Below, piece after piece: positions 16,747 to 27,081 of a DNA stretch of 59,395 bases. The stretch is from assembly GCA_946616305.1 (NCBI GenBank), contig CAMOIV010000001.1:1-59395 (forward strand), given 5' to 3'. The stretch's first letter is position 1, and every line of letters starts with the position of its first letter. The DNA is from an uncultured Lachnospiraceae bacterium (GTDB lineage: Bacteria; Bacillota; Clostridia; Lachnospirales; Lachnospiraceae). Made by a program: the position numbers and the translations under genes. The notes below the pieces were generated by a model, which saw only the letters and a program-made list of their open reading frames with translations, ran no database searches and had not been told where the DNA came from.

Positions 16747-19700
16747 AAAGTATTGAGATCCACGGATTCAAGTCCTTCGCGGACAAGATACTGCTGGAAT
16801 TCAAAAACGGTATAACCGGTATAGTGGGTCCCAACGGATCGGGTAAGAGTAACGTATCCGATGCCGTAAGGTGGGTTTTGGGAGAGCAGAGTGCAAAGCA
16901 GCTCCGCGGCTCCTCCATGCAGGATGTCATCTTTGCGGGGACCGATATCAGAAAACCCATGGGCTATGCCTATGTTACCATCACCATCGACAACTCGGAT
17001 CATGTACTTCAGGCGGATTATGATGTGGTATCCGTTACCAGAAGAGTGTACAGATCCGGTGAGTCCGATTATCTCATAAACGGAAATCCCGTCAGACTCA
17101 AGGACATAAACGAACTGTTCTATGACACGGGTATCGGTCAGGACGGATACTCCATAATAGGACAGGGCAAGATAGATCAGATACTTTCCGAGAAGCCCGA
17201 GGAGAGGAGAGAACTCTTCGATGAGGCCTGCGGTATAGTCAAATACCGTAAAAGGAAGGATACTGCAGTTAAGAAGCTTGAGAACGAGAAATCCAATCTC
17301 TTAAGACTTACGGACATACTTTCCGAGGTGGAGAGCAGAGTAGGCCCTCTGAAGGATCAGTCCGAGGCGGCAAAGGTCTATCTTGAAAAGAAGGAAGAAT
17401 TAAAGAAGCTGGATATAAACATCTTTCTTGCAGAGGCTGAAAGATATGAAGCCCAGAGTCTGGACCTGGATAAAAAACTTGGGGTTATCACGGATGATAT
17501 AGACGCCGTTGACAAGGAACTTGGTGAGAGCCATACAAGATATGAGGCGGCCGGTGAGGAGATAGAGCGTCTTGATTCCAGGATAGATGCCATGCGGGAG
17601 GAGATATCCGATACCACCGTTAAGCGCGGACAGATAGATGCGCAGATAAAGATCCTTAAGGAGCAGATAAACTCCTTAGGCCAGTCAGTGGCTCATTTTG
17701 AGGAGAGAAAAGCAGATATCGGAGAAAGCCTTAAAAAGCGTGATGAGGACCTTGAGAAATTCGAGTCGGGCAGAGCTGATATCGAAGGGAAGATAAAGGA
17801 ACTCGAGGAAGCGGGCTCCGGTAAGGATAAAGCCCTTGAGGATTATGATACAAGGATAAGGGAAGCCGGAGAACAGTCAGAGCAGAAGAAGCAGCTGGTA
17901 CTGGATACCATAGATGAAAGAGGTGCCCTGAAGGGAGAGAAGGAAAGGCTCAAGACCCTCCTTTCACAGGCAGAGATCAGGAAGGCGGAGCTTTCCTCGA
18001 GACTCCTTAAGGCAAAGAGCAACGAGGCCGAAGCAAATGATGCCATCGAATCCGTCAAACAGGAGATGGATAAGATCGCTTCAAAGATAAGGGATTTCGA
18101 CGAGAAAAGAGGAGAGCTTGAAGAAAAGCTTGCCGATGTCAACGGCCGCATAGATGAAGCCGTCGAAAAAGAAAGAACCATAGAGAACGAGTATACCGGC
18201 GATAAGACAAGGCTTGAGAGTCTGAAGAACATAGCCGAGAGATACGAGGGCTATGGCAATGCCGTCAGGCATGTAATGGAGAGAAAGAAGGATAAGAGCG
18301 TAAAGATCTGCGGAGTCGTGGCGGACCTTATCAAGGTTGAGGGCAAGTATGAGACTGCCATCGAGACGGCTCTGGGCGCCAATATCCAGAACGTGGTGGT
18401 GGAGGATGATGCCTCCGCGAAGAAGCTCATAGAGGAATTGAAAGCATCGAAAGCAGGCCGGGTTACCTTCCTTCCTCTCAATACCATACAGGAGAGGGAT
18501 TTTAAGGCAAAGGATGCGGTAAACGAAAAGGGTGTCATAGGAATGGCGGATACCCTTGTTAAGTGTGATAAAAAATATGAGATAGTCGCAAAGAACCTGT
18601 TAGGCAATTTCATCGTAACCGACAATATTGACAGCGCTCTGGAGCTGGCAAGGAAATACAGGTTCACCCTCAGGATAGTCACGGTAGCCGGAGAGGCCAT
18701 AAATCCCGGCGGATCTCTGGCCGGCGGATCATACAGGAATCAGAGCAATCTGCTTGGCAGATCCAGAGAGATAGACGATCTTACCGCAAGACTCAAGAAG
18801 AAGCTTGAGGAAAAGGACAAGGTGCTTCAGACCATCGAAGAGCTGCGGGATGAAAAGAGCGAGATAAGGAACAGCCTTAATTCCATCGGCGAAGAGATGC
18901 AGAATGAAAGCTTGAGGCTCAATACCGCAAAGATGAATCTGAATCTGGCGGAGGAAAAGAAGGAAGAGAGCTTAAGCGGCAGTGCCGGAATGGCAGGAGA
19001 GTCAAAGAGCCTTGAAGAGCAGATCAGGTCCATCGAAGAGCAGATAAAGGAAAACGATGATAAACTCGTTCTGTCCGAAAAGATCGAAAAGGAAGCTGAT
19101 GAGGAAGCCCTGAAGCTGGATGACCTAATAAAGGAGCTTACGGAGGAATCTGTTTCCCTGCGTAAGGAAGTGGGTGAAAATGACCTGAAGAAGACAAAGC
19201 TTACCGAGCAGCTTGGTTTTACCAGGGAAAATATAAAGAGAGTAGAGGGCGAGATCCTGCGGCTTAAGGCCGATCTGTCAAACCTTGAGGAAGAGATCGC
19301 CAAGAACAACGATGATACGGTATTTAAGAAGGATCAGATAAAGAGCCTTGAGGAGACTCTGCTGTCTGCCGGCGAGGTAGATCACGAAAAGCAGGATGAA
19401 TTAAAGAAACTCATGGATCAGAGGGAAGAGGCCACAAAGGTCCAGAAGAAGCTCTATGAAGACAGAGATCTGATAACGGAGAAAAAGACCGGTCTCGACA
19501 GGGAAAAGATCCGCCTTGAGAATCAGAAGGAAAGACTGAATGAGAGTTCAGAGGCTCTTGAAAAATACATGTGGGATGAGTATAACCTTACTCTGATAGC
19601 ATCCAGGGAGCACAAGGATGACAGCCTGGGAAGCCTGTCGGATATGAGGAAGGACTCTGTAAGGATCAAGTCCGAGATCAGGAATCTGGGTGATGTGAAC

Positions 19701-20315
19701 GTAGGTGCCATAGAGGAATACAGGGAGCTGTCCGAGAGATACGAATTCCTCACAAAGCAGAGGGATGATATCATCCGGGCCGAGGAGGATCTGAATACGA
19801 TCATCTCGGAACTCACCGAATCCATGAAGGCGCAGTTCGAGGAGAAATTCCAGAAGATAGTGGTTCAGTTCAACAAGGTTTTCGGAGATATGTTCGGAGG
19901 AGGCTCCGGTACTTTGGAGCTTACTGATCCGGAGAATGTACTGGAGTCAGGTATCAGCATCAAAGCGAACCCTCCCGGAAAGAAGCTTGAAAACATGATG
20001 CAGCTTTCCGGCGGCGAGAGAGCCCTTACTGCCATAGCACTCCTGTTTGCCATCCAGAACCTGAAGCCGTCCCCCTTCTGTCTGCTGGATGAGATAGAGG
20101 CGGCTCTTGATGAAGCAAACGTGGAAAGGTTTGCGTCCTACCTTTCAAGACTTACGAAGCATACGCAGTTTATCGTCATCACTCACAGACGCGGAACCAT
20201 GACCAGATGTGACAGATTATACGGTATAACAATGCAGGAGAAGGGTGTCTCCACTCAGGTTGCGGTGAACCTTGAGGATGATGCTTGGAGCGAGAAAGAG
20301 GATAAGGATAAATGA
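16737..20315 (+). CDS. smc: Chromosome segregation protein SMC
   Basis: GFKSF, GPNGSGKSN, long coiled coils, hinge GRVTFLPL/GGSLAGG, LSGGE, LLDEIEAALD. Confidence 0.98.
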   Translation: MYLKSIEIHGFKSFADKILLEFKNGITGIVGPNGSGKSNVSDAVRWVLGEQSAKQLRGSSMQDVIFAGTDIRKPMGYAYVTITIDNSDHVLQADYDVVSVTRRVYRSGESDYLINGNPVRLKDINELFYDTGIGQDGYSIIGQGKIDQILSEKPEERRELFDEACGIVKYRKRKDTAVKKLENEKSNLLRLTDILSEVESRVGPLKDQSEAAKVYLEKKEELKKLDINIFLAEAERYEAQSLDLDKKLGVITDDIDAVDKELGESHTRYEAAGEEIERLDSRIDAMREEISDTTVKRGQIDAQIKILKEQINSLGQSVAHFEERKADIGESLKKRDEDLEKFESGRADIEGKIKELEEAGSGKDKALEDYDTRIREAGEQSEQKKQLVLDTIDERGALKGEKERLKTLLSQAEIRKAELSSRLLKAKSNEAEANDAIESVKQEMDKIASKIRDFDEKRGELEEKLADVNGRIDEAVEKERTIENEYTGDKTRLESLKNIAERYEGYGNAVRHVMERKKDKSVKICGVVADLIKVEGKYETAIETALGANIQNVVVEDDASAKKLIEELKASKAGRVTFLPLNTIQERDFKAKDAVNEKGVIGMADTLVKCDKKYEIVAKNLLGNFIVTDNIDSALELARKYRFTLRIVTVAGEAINPGGSLAGGSYRNQSNLLGRSREIDDLTARLKKKLEEKDKVLQTIEELRDEKSEIRNSLNSIGEEMQNESLRLNTAKMNLNLAEEKKEESLSGSAGMAGESKSLEEQIRSIEEQIKENDDKLVLSEKIEKEADEEALKLDDLIKELTEESVSLRKEVGENDLKKTKLTEQLGFTRENIKRVEGEILRLKADLSNLEEEIAKNNDDTVFKKDQIKSLEETLLSAGEVDHEKQDELKKLMDQREEATKVQKKLYEDRDLITEKKTGLDREKIRLENQKERLNESSEALEKYMWDEYNLTLIASREHKDDSLGSLSDMRKDSVRIKSEIRNLGDVNVGAIEEYRELSERYEFLTKQRDDIIRAEEDLNTIISELTESMKAQFEEKFQKIVVQFNKVFGDMFGGGSGTLELTDPENVLESGISIKANPPGKKLENMMQLSGGERALTAIALLFAIQNLKPSPFCLLDEIEAALDEANVERFASYLSRLTKHTQFIVITHRRGTMTRCDRLYGITMQEKGVSTQVAVNLEDDAWSEKEDKDK

Positions 20316-21187
20316 GTTTCTTTAACAGGCTTTCCGACTTTTTCACAGGATACGAAGAGATAGATGATGAATTCTTCGAGGATCTCACGGACACCCTCAT
20401 CATGGGTGATGTGGGAATGTCCACTGCAGAGGAACTGGTCTTTGAACTCAGGAAAAAGGCCAGAGAGGGCAGAGTCAGCGATACCGACGATGCCAAGAAG
20501 CTTTTGCTGAAGCTTATGCAGGAGAAGCTTGATGAAGTAACCCCACCGGATGCTTTTGCGTATGAAGATCAAAGATCCGTGGTACTGATGGTGGGAGTGA
20601 ACGGTGTGGGAAAGACCACCTCCTGCGGAAAGCTGGCAGCAAGATACAGATCTCTCGGCAGGAAGGTAATGCTTGTTGCCGCAGATACCTTCCGGGCAGC
20701 AGCCATAGAGCAGCTTACGGCCTGGGCCATGAAGACGGGAGTCGATATAGTTAAAGGCAGAGAGGGAGGAGATCCCGGTTCTGTCATATATGACGCCATA
20801 CAATCGGCCAAAGCCAGGGATTATGACATGCTGATCGTGGATACGGCAGGCAGGCTTCATAACAAAAAGAATCTGATGAACGAGCTTTCCAAGATCAATC
20901 AGATAATAACCACCGAGTATCCCGAGGCAGTGAAGGAAACTCTTGTGGTTGTGGATGCGTCCACCGGGCAGAATGCCAAGGAGCAGGCAAAGGAGTTCAA
21001 AGAGGTTACGGATGTATCCGGTGTGGTGCTTACAAAGCTTGATGGATCGGCAAAGGGCGGCATCGTCATCGCCATAGAGAATGAGCTTGGGATCCCCGTC
21101 AAGTTCGTAGGACTGGGTGAGGGAGTCAGTGATCTGCGCAGGTTTGACATGGAAAAGTTTTTTCAGGGCCTTTTAGGGGAGGACTGA
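20312..21187 (+). CDS. ftsY: SRP receptor FtsY (NG domain only)
   Basis: [31 protein letters not shown]. Confidence 0.97.
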   Translation: MSFFNRLSDFFTGYEEIDDEFFEDLTDTLIMGDVGMSTAEELVFELRKKAREGRVSDTDDAKKLLLKLMQEKLDEVTPPDAFAYEDQRSVVLMVGVNGVGKTTSCGKLAARYRSLGRKVMLVAADTFRAAAIEQLTAWAMKTGVDIVKGREGGDPGSVIYDAIQSAKARDYDMLIVDTAGRLHNKKNLMNELSKINQIITTEYPEAVKETLVVVDASTGQNAKEQAKEFKEVTDVSGVVLTKLDGSAKGGIVIAIENELGIPVKFVGLGEGVSDLRRFDMEKFFQGLLGED

Positions 21188-21188
21188 T

Positions 21189-22418
21189 ATGGGAAAAGAA
21201 TTTTTGACATTGGAAGCATTTGAGGAAGCAGCCGAAAAGGTCAGAGAGGTCATACTGGATACCAAGCTGATATACAGTGATTATTTCTCGGCTGTTGCGG
21301 GACGGGGCAATAAAGTATTTCTCAAACCCGAGAACATGCAAAGGACCGGAGCATATAAGATCAGAGGAGCTTATTACAGGATAAGCACCCTGACGGATGA
21401 AGAGAGGAGCAGAGGTGTTATCACTGCATCCGCGGGCAATCACGCCCAGGGCGTTGCATATGCGGCAAAGAAGTACGGGGTTAAGGCGGTCATAGTCATG
21501 CCTACCACCACTCCTCTTATCAAGGTCAACAGGACAAAGGCTCTGGGAGCAAAGGTGATCCTTTTCGGAGATATATATGATGAAGCCTGTGATAAGGCAG
21601 TAGAGCTTGCAAAAAGTGAGGGATATACCTTCGTGCATCCCTTTGACGATGAGGGCGTGGCTACCGGACAGGGCTCAATAGCCTGGGAGATCTTCAAGGA
21701 GCAGCCCCTGACTGATATGATACTCGTGCCTGTAGGAGGAGGAGGACTTGCCTGCGGAGTTTCCACACTTACAAAGGCCATGCATCCCGATACGAAGGTG
21801 ATAGCCGTAGAGCCTCAGGGAGCAGCCTGTCTCAAGGCTTCTCTTGACGCAGGGAGCATTGTAAGCCTGCCCGAGGTGTCCACCATAGCCGACGGTACTG
21901 CCGTCAAGACTCCGGGCACCAGGATATTCCCTTACCTTAAGGAAAATGTGGATGAGGTGCTGACGGTACCGGATGAAGACCTTGTGGCAGCTTTCCTTGA
22001 CATGGTGGAGAATCATAAGATGGTTGTCGAGAACTCGGGGCTTCTGACTGTGGCAGCCTTAAAGCAGCTGGACTGCAGTAATAAAAAGATAGTCTGTATC
22101 CTGTCGGGAGGAAACATGGATGTCATCACCATGTCGTCAGTGGTCCAACAGGGGCTTATTCAGAGAGACAGGATATTCACGGTTTCCGTGCTTCTGCCCG
22201 ATAAGCCGGGCGAACTCCAGAAGGTTGCCGGCATTATCGCCAAAGAGAGCGGAAACGTTATCAAGCTTGAGCATAACCAGTTCGTGTCCACCAACAGAAG
22301 CGCGGCAGTGGAACTTAGGATCACCCTTGAGGCCTTCGGAAGCGACCATAAGGCAAAGATACTTAAGAAGCTCGAAGAAACGGGCTATAAACCCAAGATC
22401 GTAAGGACGACCTTATGA
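21189..22418 (+). CDS. ilvA: Threonine ammonia-lyase (single C-terminal ACT domain)
   Basis: KPENMQRTGAYKIRG, SAGNHAQG, PVGGGGL, SGGN, LPDKPGEL. Confidence 0.93.
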   Translation: MGKEFLTLEAFEEAAEKVREVILDTKLIYSDYFSAVAGRGNKVFLKPENMQRTGAYKIRGAYYRISTLTDEERSRGVITASAGNHAQGVAYAAKKYGVKAVIVMPTTTPLIKVNRTKALGAKVILFGDIYDEACDKAVELAKSEGYTFVHPFDDEGVATGQGSIAWEIFKEQPLTDMILVPVGGGGLACGVSTLTKAMHPDTKVIAVEPQGAACLKASLDAGSIVSLPEVSTIADGTAVKTPGTRIFPYLKENVDEVLTVPDEDLVAAFLDMVENHKMVVENSGLLTVAALKQLDCSNKKIVCILSGGNMDVITMSSVVQQGLIQRDRIFTVSVLLPDKPGELQKVAGIIAKESGNVIKLEHNQFVSTNRSAAVELRITLEAFGSDHKAKILKKLEETGYKPKIVRTTL

Positions 22419-22430
22419 TCCGTCTGCATC

Positions 22431-23735
22431 ATGACGAGAGAAGAAGCAGAGGATTTTATATATTCATATTACATGGAGGTCCTGCCTCGTACAAGGTATT
22501 CTGATGCCGACGGTATGAAAAGGGACCCCCGTCTGACCGAGGAGATCATAAGGAGAAGGCACTCCGGGGGGCTGTCTGTTGCCGTTACCGGAAGTAAGGG
22601 AAAGGGGTCTGTGGCATATATACTGTCAAGGATCCTTGGCACATCCATCAGATGCGGTCTTATGGTAAGTCCTCACATATCAAGGTTCAACGAAAGGTTC
22701 AGTGTTTCCGGAGAATACATCACTGATACGGAGTTTATCGATATCGTTTCTGAAATAAAAGATGACTTTGAAAGGATATGGAACAGGTCCGATAAAAAGA
22801 CAGCCATCAGTCCCATAGGCATACAGACAGTCATTGCCGAGGAGTATTTCAAACGCCATGGGGTTTTGGCTCAGATATATGAGTGCGGCAAGGGGGTCAG
22901 GTACGATGATGTAAAAAACGTACCCGCCACGTATGCCGTCATTAATTCCATATTTCCCGAGCATAAAAGAGAACTTGGACCGCTTCTTTCGGATATAGCG
23001 GAGGATAAGGCGGATATCATCAGACCGGGTGTCAGAGCCTGCTTTTCGGCAGGACAGGATGAAACCGTATTAAGTATAATAAGGGAGCGTGCCGCAAGGG
23101 AAGGCACGGCTCTGTACGTATACGGAGAGGACTTTGAAGCTTCTGACATAACCTATTTCGGATCCGGTATGAAATGCGATATCCGTATAGGCGATGATGT
23201 GGTAAAGGGGCTCGAGATATCCCTTATGGGAGAGCATCAATGCAGAAATCTGGCTTTGGCCCTGGCTCTTTCAAAAGAGATACTGGGCCTGAAGCTGGAT
23301 CAAAACATGGATCGGGTAAGAGAGGTCCTAAAGGAGCTCAGATGGCCGGGAAGACTTTCCGTTATCAGAAGATCGCCTCTTGTAATGGTAGACTGCTGTA
23401 TAAACAGGATGAGCGCGAAGAGTGCTCTGGATACGACAGAACAGCTTGGAGCCCGTGATGCGGCATTCATACTTGCGATACCCGATGACAAGGATTATAC
23501 GGGAGTAGCAAGGGAGGTCTCAAAAAGGGGCTATGATATCATCCTCACCAGAGCCGTCAATCCTCATTACAGGTTTGAAGGGATACAGCAGGGGGAGCTT
23601 TTCAGGCAGGGAATAAAGGCGGATTACAGGGATTCTCTGGCAAGTGCTCTTGATGATACAAAGGCGCGCCCTGTCATAATACTTGGGACCACGGCGATAC
23701 TGAATGAAGTAAAAGAGATCTTCGGAGATATATAA
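22431..23735 (+). CDS. FolC/Mur-ligase family protein, divergent
   Basis: P-loop TGSKGKGS, SPHISRFNER, KADII, GEHQCRN, WPGRL; several FolC motifs altered. Confidence 0.82.
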   Translation: MTREEAEDFIYSYYMEVLPRTRYSDADGMKRDPRLTEEIIRRRHSGGLSVAVTGSKGKGSVAYILSRILGTSIRCGLMVSPHISRFNERFSVSGEYITDTEFIDIVSEIKDDFERIWNRSDKKTAISPIGIQTVIAEEYFKRHGVLAQIYECGKGVRYDDVKNVPATYAVINSIFPEHKRELGPLLSDIAEDKADIIRPGVRACFSAGQDETVLSIIRERAAREGTALYVYGEDFEASDITYFGSGMKCDIRIGDDVVKGLEISLMGEHQCRNLALALALSKEILGLKLDQNMDRVREVLKELRWPGRLSVIRRSPLVMVDCCINRMSAKSALDTTEQLGARDAAFILAIPDDKDYTGVAREVSKRGYDIILTRAVNPHYRFEGIQQGELFRQGIKADYRDSLASALDDTKARPVIILGTTAILNEVKEIFGDI

Positions 23736-24311
23736 ATGGCTTTTTTCATAACAAATCTGCTGCTGGGAACAGCCCTTGCGATGGATGCCTTTTCTCTTTC
23801 CGTTGCAGACGGTATATACTATCCGGATATGAAGGACAGGAAACGGTTTATGATAGCCGCAACCTACGGAGGGTTCCAGTTCATCATGCCAATAGCGGGA
23901 TGGTTCTGTGTGACATGGATCGCGGAAGTTTTTGAGGTTTTCAGGGGGTTCATCCCATGGATAGCCTTGATACTGCTGCTTGTCCTTGGTGTAAGGATGA
24001 TAGTCGAGACTCTGAAGGACAGGCCGAACGAGGAGGAAAGTGTCAGAAACATAACATTTTTAGGACTTATGGCACAGGGGGTTGCGACCTCAATAGATGC
24101 TCTTTCCGTGGGCTTTACCATAGCATCCTATGACATACCCCATGCTTTTGCAGCAGCACTGATCATAGGTGTTGTGACCTTCATCATATGCTATACGGGA
24201 CTTATTATCGGAAGCATGGTGGGGATGAGGATCACGAGATTTTCAGGTATACTTGGAGGCCTGATACTGATAGGTATCGGTATTGAGATATTTATAAGAG
24301 GAGTTATATAG
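23736..24311 (+). CDS. mntP: Manganese efflux pump MntP family
   Basis: ALAMDAFSLS, FQFIMP, ATSIDALSVG, GGLILIGIG. Confidence 0.9.
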   Translation: MAFFITNLLLGTALAMDAFSLSVADGIYYPDMKDRKRFMIAATYGGFQFIMPIAGWFCVTWIAEVFEVFRGFIPWIALILLLVLGVRMIVETLKDRPNEEESVRNITFLGLMAQGVATSIDALSVGFTIASYDIPHAFAAALIIGVVTFIICYTGLIIGSMVGMRITRFSGILGGLILIGIGIEIFIRGVI

Positions 24312-24314
24312 AGG

Positions 24315-25250
24315 ATGAACGTAAAATCCGTAGGATATGCATATCTTGCCATAGCCTTGCTGACAGTGCTCATAAATGTCATAGCGGCATTTACAAGGCC
24401 TGCCGCATTATTTGACGAGTATGTCTTTATCTCCATTCTCAGCGAGCTTATCATACTTATGCCTCTTATGGCGCTGCTTCCCGGGACAAAGAGCGGTGTC
24501 TTAAAGATGCTTCGTATAAAAAAGATAAAGCCCACCACCGCACTTTTATCCGTTGTATATATGATATGCTGTTATCCCATTGCCATATCCATGAACATGA
24601 TATCCCTTTCCGTAACCTCATCCAGAGCTGTGGAAATGGTAACGGAAGAGATCGATAAGCCTTTTGCTCTTATATTCTTCCTGTCAGCCGTGATGGCACC
24701 GGTTGCGGAGGAACTTGCATACAGAGGCATCGTATTGGGAGGACTTAAGACGACGGGCAGGATATTCACCCCCATACTGGTCTCCGGTCTGATGTTCGGG
24801 CTTAATCATATGAATCTGAACCAGTTCTCGTATACAATGGTACTTGGTATCATGTGGGGGCTTCTTGTGGAAGCTTCCGGGAGTATCTTTACCTCACTCA
24901 TATGTCATGTGCTCATCAACGGATTCAGTACCGTCATGGCCTTTGTCACCTTTGACAGCATTTCACAGATAGAGGATGCATTGGGAGAGATGACACAGCA
25001 GCCGGGGCTGTATTACCTGGAGTCGGGACTGGTGCTTTTCGTGATAGGGGTGATATTCCTTGTACCGGCCATGCTTCTGCTTAAAGCGATATCCCTTAAT
25101 GAGGGAAGGAGTGGGTGCTTTGAGAATATATTCAGAAGGAAGCTGCCCTATGAGAGATATAAAAGCCTCTTTACTCCGGCTCTTATAGCGGGTATGGTTA
25201 TTATGTCGGCATTTGTTATAGGCGATACCGTGTTTTATCTGTTTTTCTGA
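24315..25250 (+). CDS. CPBP (CAAX/Abi) intramembrane metalloprotease
   Basis: PVAEELAYRG, FGLNH, HVLIN motifs; multiple TM helices. Confidence 0.9.
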   Translation: MNVKSVGYAYLAIALLTVLINVIAAFTRPAALFDEYVFISILSELIILMPLMALLPGTKSGVLKMLRIKKIKPTTALLSVVYMICCYPIAISMNMISLSVTSSRAVEMVTEEIDKPFALIFFLSAVMAPVAEELAYRGIVLGGLKTTGRIFTPILVSGLMFGLNHMNLNQFSYTMVLGIMWGLLVEASGSIFTSLICHVLINGFSTVMAFVTFDSISQIEDALGEMTQQPGLYYLESGLVLFVIGVIFLVPAMLLLKAISLNEGRSGCFENIFRRKLPYERYKSLFTPALIAGMVIMSAFVIGDTVFYLFF

Positions 25251-25259
25251 GGAGATAAC

Positions 25260-25847
25260 ATGTATATTACTGACGAGGAATGGGCTGAGTATTATAATGA
25301 GATCGAGCCCGAAAAGAGAGGAAAGATACTTGAAGACAAGGGTGACGACGGTGGAGAGACTGTTTCCCTTATAAGGAGACTGTATGAATTAAGATATCTT
25401 CCCGACGGGGCAGATATGATGTTGAGGGTCTTTTTGGATATACTATCCGTACAGCAGACAAGCTTCCTGTTCTTTAAGCACAATATAAAGAACATAAAAA
25501 AATCCATGGACAGGGCGGGCTTTGGTGAGGCGCTCTCTCGTGGTGAGTCCGGCAGAAAGGCACTTTATTTTGAGATCAGGAACGGCATGGGAAGATATCT
25601 TAAAACCTGTGAAGGAGAGTCCTACGGTGCTGCGTTTTCGGGCCTTATAAAGATCAGCCGCGAAAAGCAGAAGGAGAAGACAAGGGAGGATCTTTTGAGG
25701 ATGACATACGGATTTCTTCCCGATGGAGCATCGATAGATGTGGAGGATTTCAATGAATACCACGCCCTGTTATGTGAGGCGGTAAAGGATGAATATCTGA
25801 TGAGGACCGGTGAGGAACTGGGAATAAAGGAGGAGACAAATGAATAG
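25260..25847 (+). CDS. Hypothetical soluble protein
   Basis: Good SD (GAGGAG), fills the gap in the operon; no family confidently recognised. Confidence 0.7.
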   Translation: MYITDEEWAEYYNEIEPEKRGKILEDKGDDGGETVSLIRRLYELRYLPDGADMMLRVFLDILSVQQTSFLFFKHNIKNIKKSMDRAGFGEALSRGESGRKALYFEIRNGMGRYLKTCEGESYGAAFSGLIKISREKQKEKTREDLLRMTYGFLPDGASIDVEDFNEYHALLCEAVKDEYLMRTGEELGIKEETNE

Positions 25848-27081
25848 GAAAAGAAGATTATCTCTGATGGCATTGCGAGCACCCCGTGCAGCACTGTGTG
25901 TCACACTCTGTGCCGCATTCTGTGCCGTGATGTTCACAGCCTGCGGCAGCTCATCAAAATCCGACAGCTCATACGCGAGAGAAGAGCCGGTCTATGAAGA
26001 TTACGATTCATACGGTAGTGATTTCTCCGGAGCCATGGCTGAGGAAGCGTATGATATGGAGGATGCGGCATACGAGGACGGAGGAAATTCCGGAACCTCA
26101 GGACTCTCGGACGAAGTAACGGGAGACGATGTTTCCAATACCAGCGGAAAGATCATAAGAAATGCAAGCCTTTCTCTTCTGGTGGATGATCTCTACGCCT
26201 TTGCGGACAATCTGAGCAGCACGGTAAAGAAGTTCGGCGGATATATAGAGAGTTCCGATGTTCATGATTTTGAGTCGGAGTATTCGGAGAGCAGGGACGG
26301 TTACTTCGTGGTACGTATTCCCTCGAACAAGATGGATTCCTTTATGTCCATAGTTCAGGAAAAGGGTAATGTCACTTCAAAGAATGAGACGGCAGAGGAT
26401 GTGACATTGCAGTATGTGGATATACAGGCCCATATATCATCCTATGAGAGTGAGAGGGACAGCCTTGAGGAGCTCATGAAAAAAGCCGACAAGATAGAGG
26501 ATATCATAACCATCAAGGAGAAGCTTACAGAGGTTAATTATGAACTGGACAGTCTTAACCGGCAGCTTCGCAGTATGGATAACAGGATCTCCTACAGCAC
26601 CGTAACCATCAATGCTTCCGAGAAGAGGTCCCTATCGAAACCTACGCCTTCCTTCGGCAGCAAGTTCTGGGAAAACTTCGTATCGGAGTTCCAGGACGGT
26701 ATAGAGGCAGCGCTTAATATCATAGTATTCATAGTTACCAGGATACCCGTATTTGCCGTTCTGATCCTGATATTCTATCTGGCCTTCAGGATAATCCTGG
26801 CTTTGAGGGACAAGATATTCGGAGATTCCGCAAAGCGGGCCGAAAGGAAAAAGGCAAAGGAGGCCGAAAGAAAGGCAAAAGCAGAGACGAGAAAGGCAGC
26901 CGAAGCAAAAAGGAAGGCCCAAGCAGGCACCCAGAGAGCAGCAGGCAGCACAGCTGCAGCAGATAATAAAGCTGACGTCGGAACAGCACCGGCATCAAAG
27001 GACGATAATGCCTTGAACACACCGGATGTCGGAAAAAATGATGCCCCGGAAAACAAGGCAGATGGGAAGCAAAGTGAGTGA
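25840..27081 (+). CDS. DUF4349-type lipoprotein with C-terminal TM and Lys/Ala-rich tail
   Basis: Lipobox FTAC, KIIRNASL, GGYIES, VRIP, EDVTLQYVD, ISYSTVTI, coiled coil, TM helix. Confidence 0.8.
   Translation: MNRKRRLSLMALRAPRAALCVTLCAAFCAVMFTACGSSSKSDSSYAREEPVYEDYDSYGSDFSGAMAEEAYDMEDAAYEDGGNSGTSGLSDEVTGDDVSNTSGKIIRNASLSLLVDDLYAFADNLSSTVKKFGGYIESSDVHDFESEYSESRDGYFVVRIPSNKMDSFMSIVQEKGNVTSKNETAEDVTLQYVDIQAHISSYESERDSLEELMKKADKIEDIITIKEKLTEVNYELDSLNRQLRSMDNRISYSTVTINASEKRSLSKPTPSFGSKFWENFVSEFQDGIEAALNIIVFIVTRIPVFAVLILIFYLAFRIILALRDKIFGDSAKRAERKKAKEAERKAKAETRKAAEAKRKAQAGTQRAAGSTAAADNKADVGTAPASKDDNALNTPDVGKNDAPENKADGKQSE

Noticed and set aside
16737-20315. SMC as a Wadjet/MksB-type defence ATPase
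   Set aside because: Canonical hinge-containing SMC in the standard rnc-smc-ftsY order.
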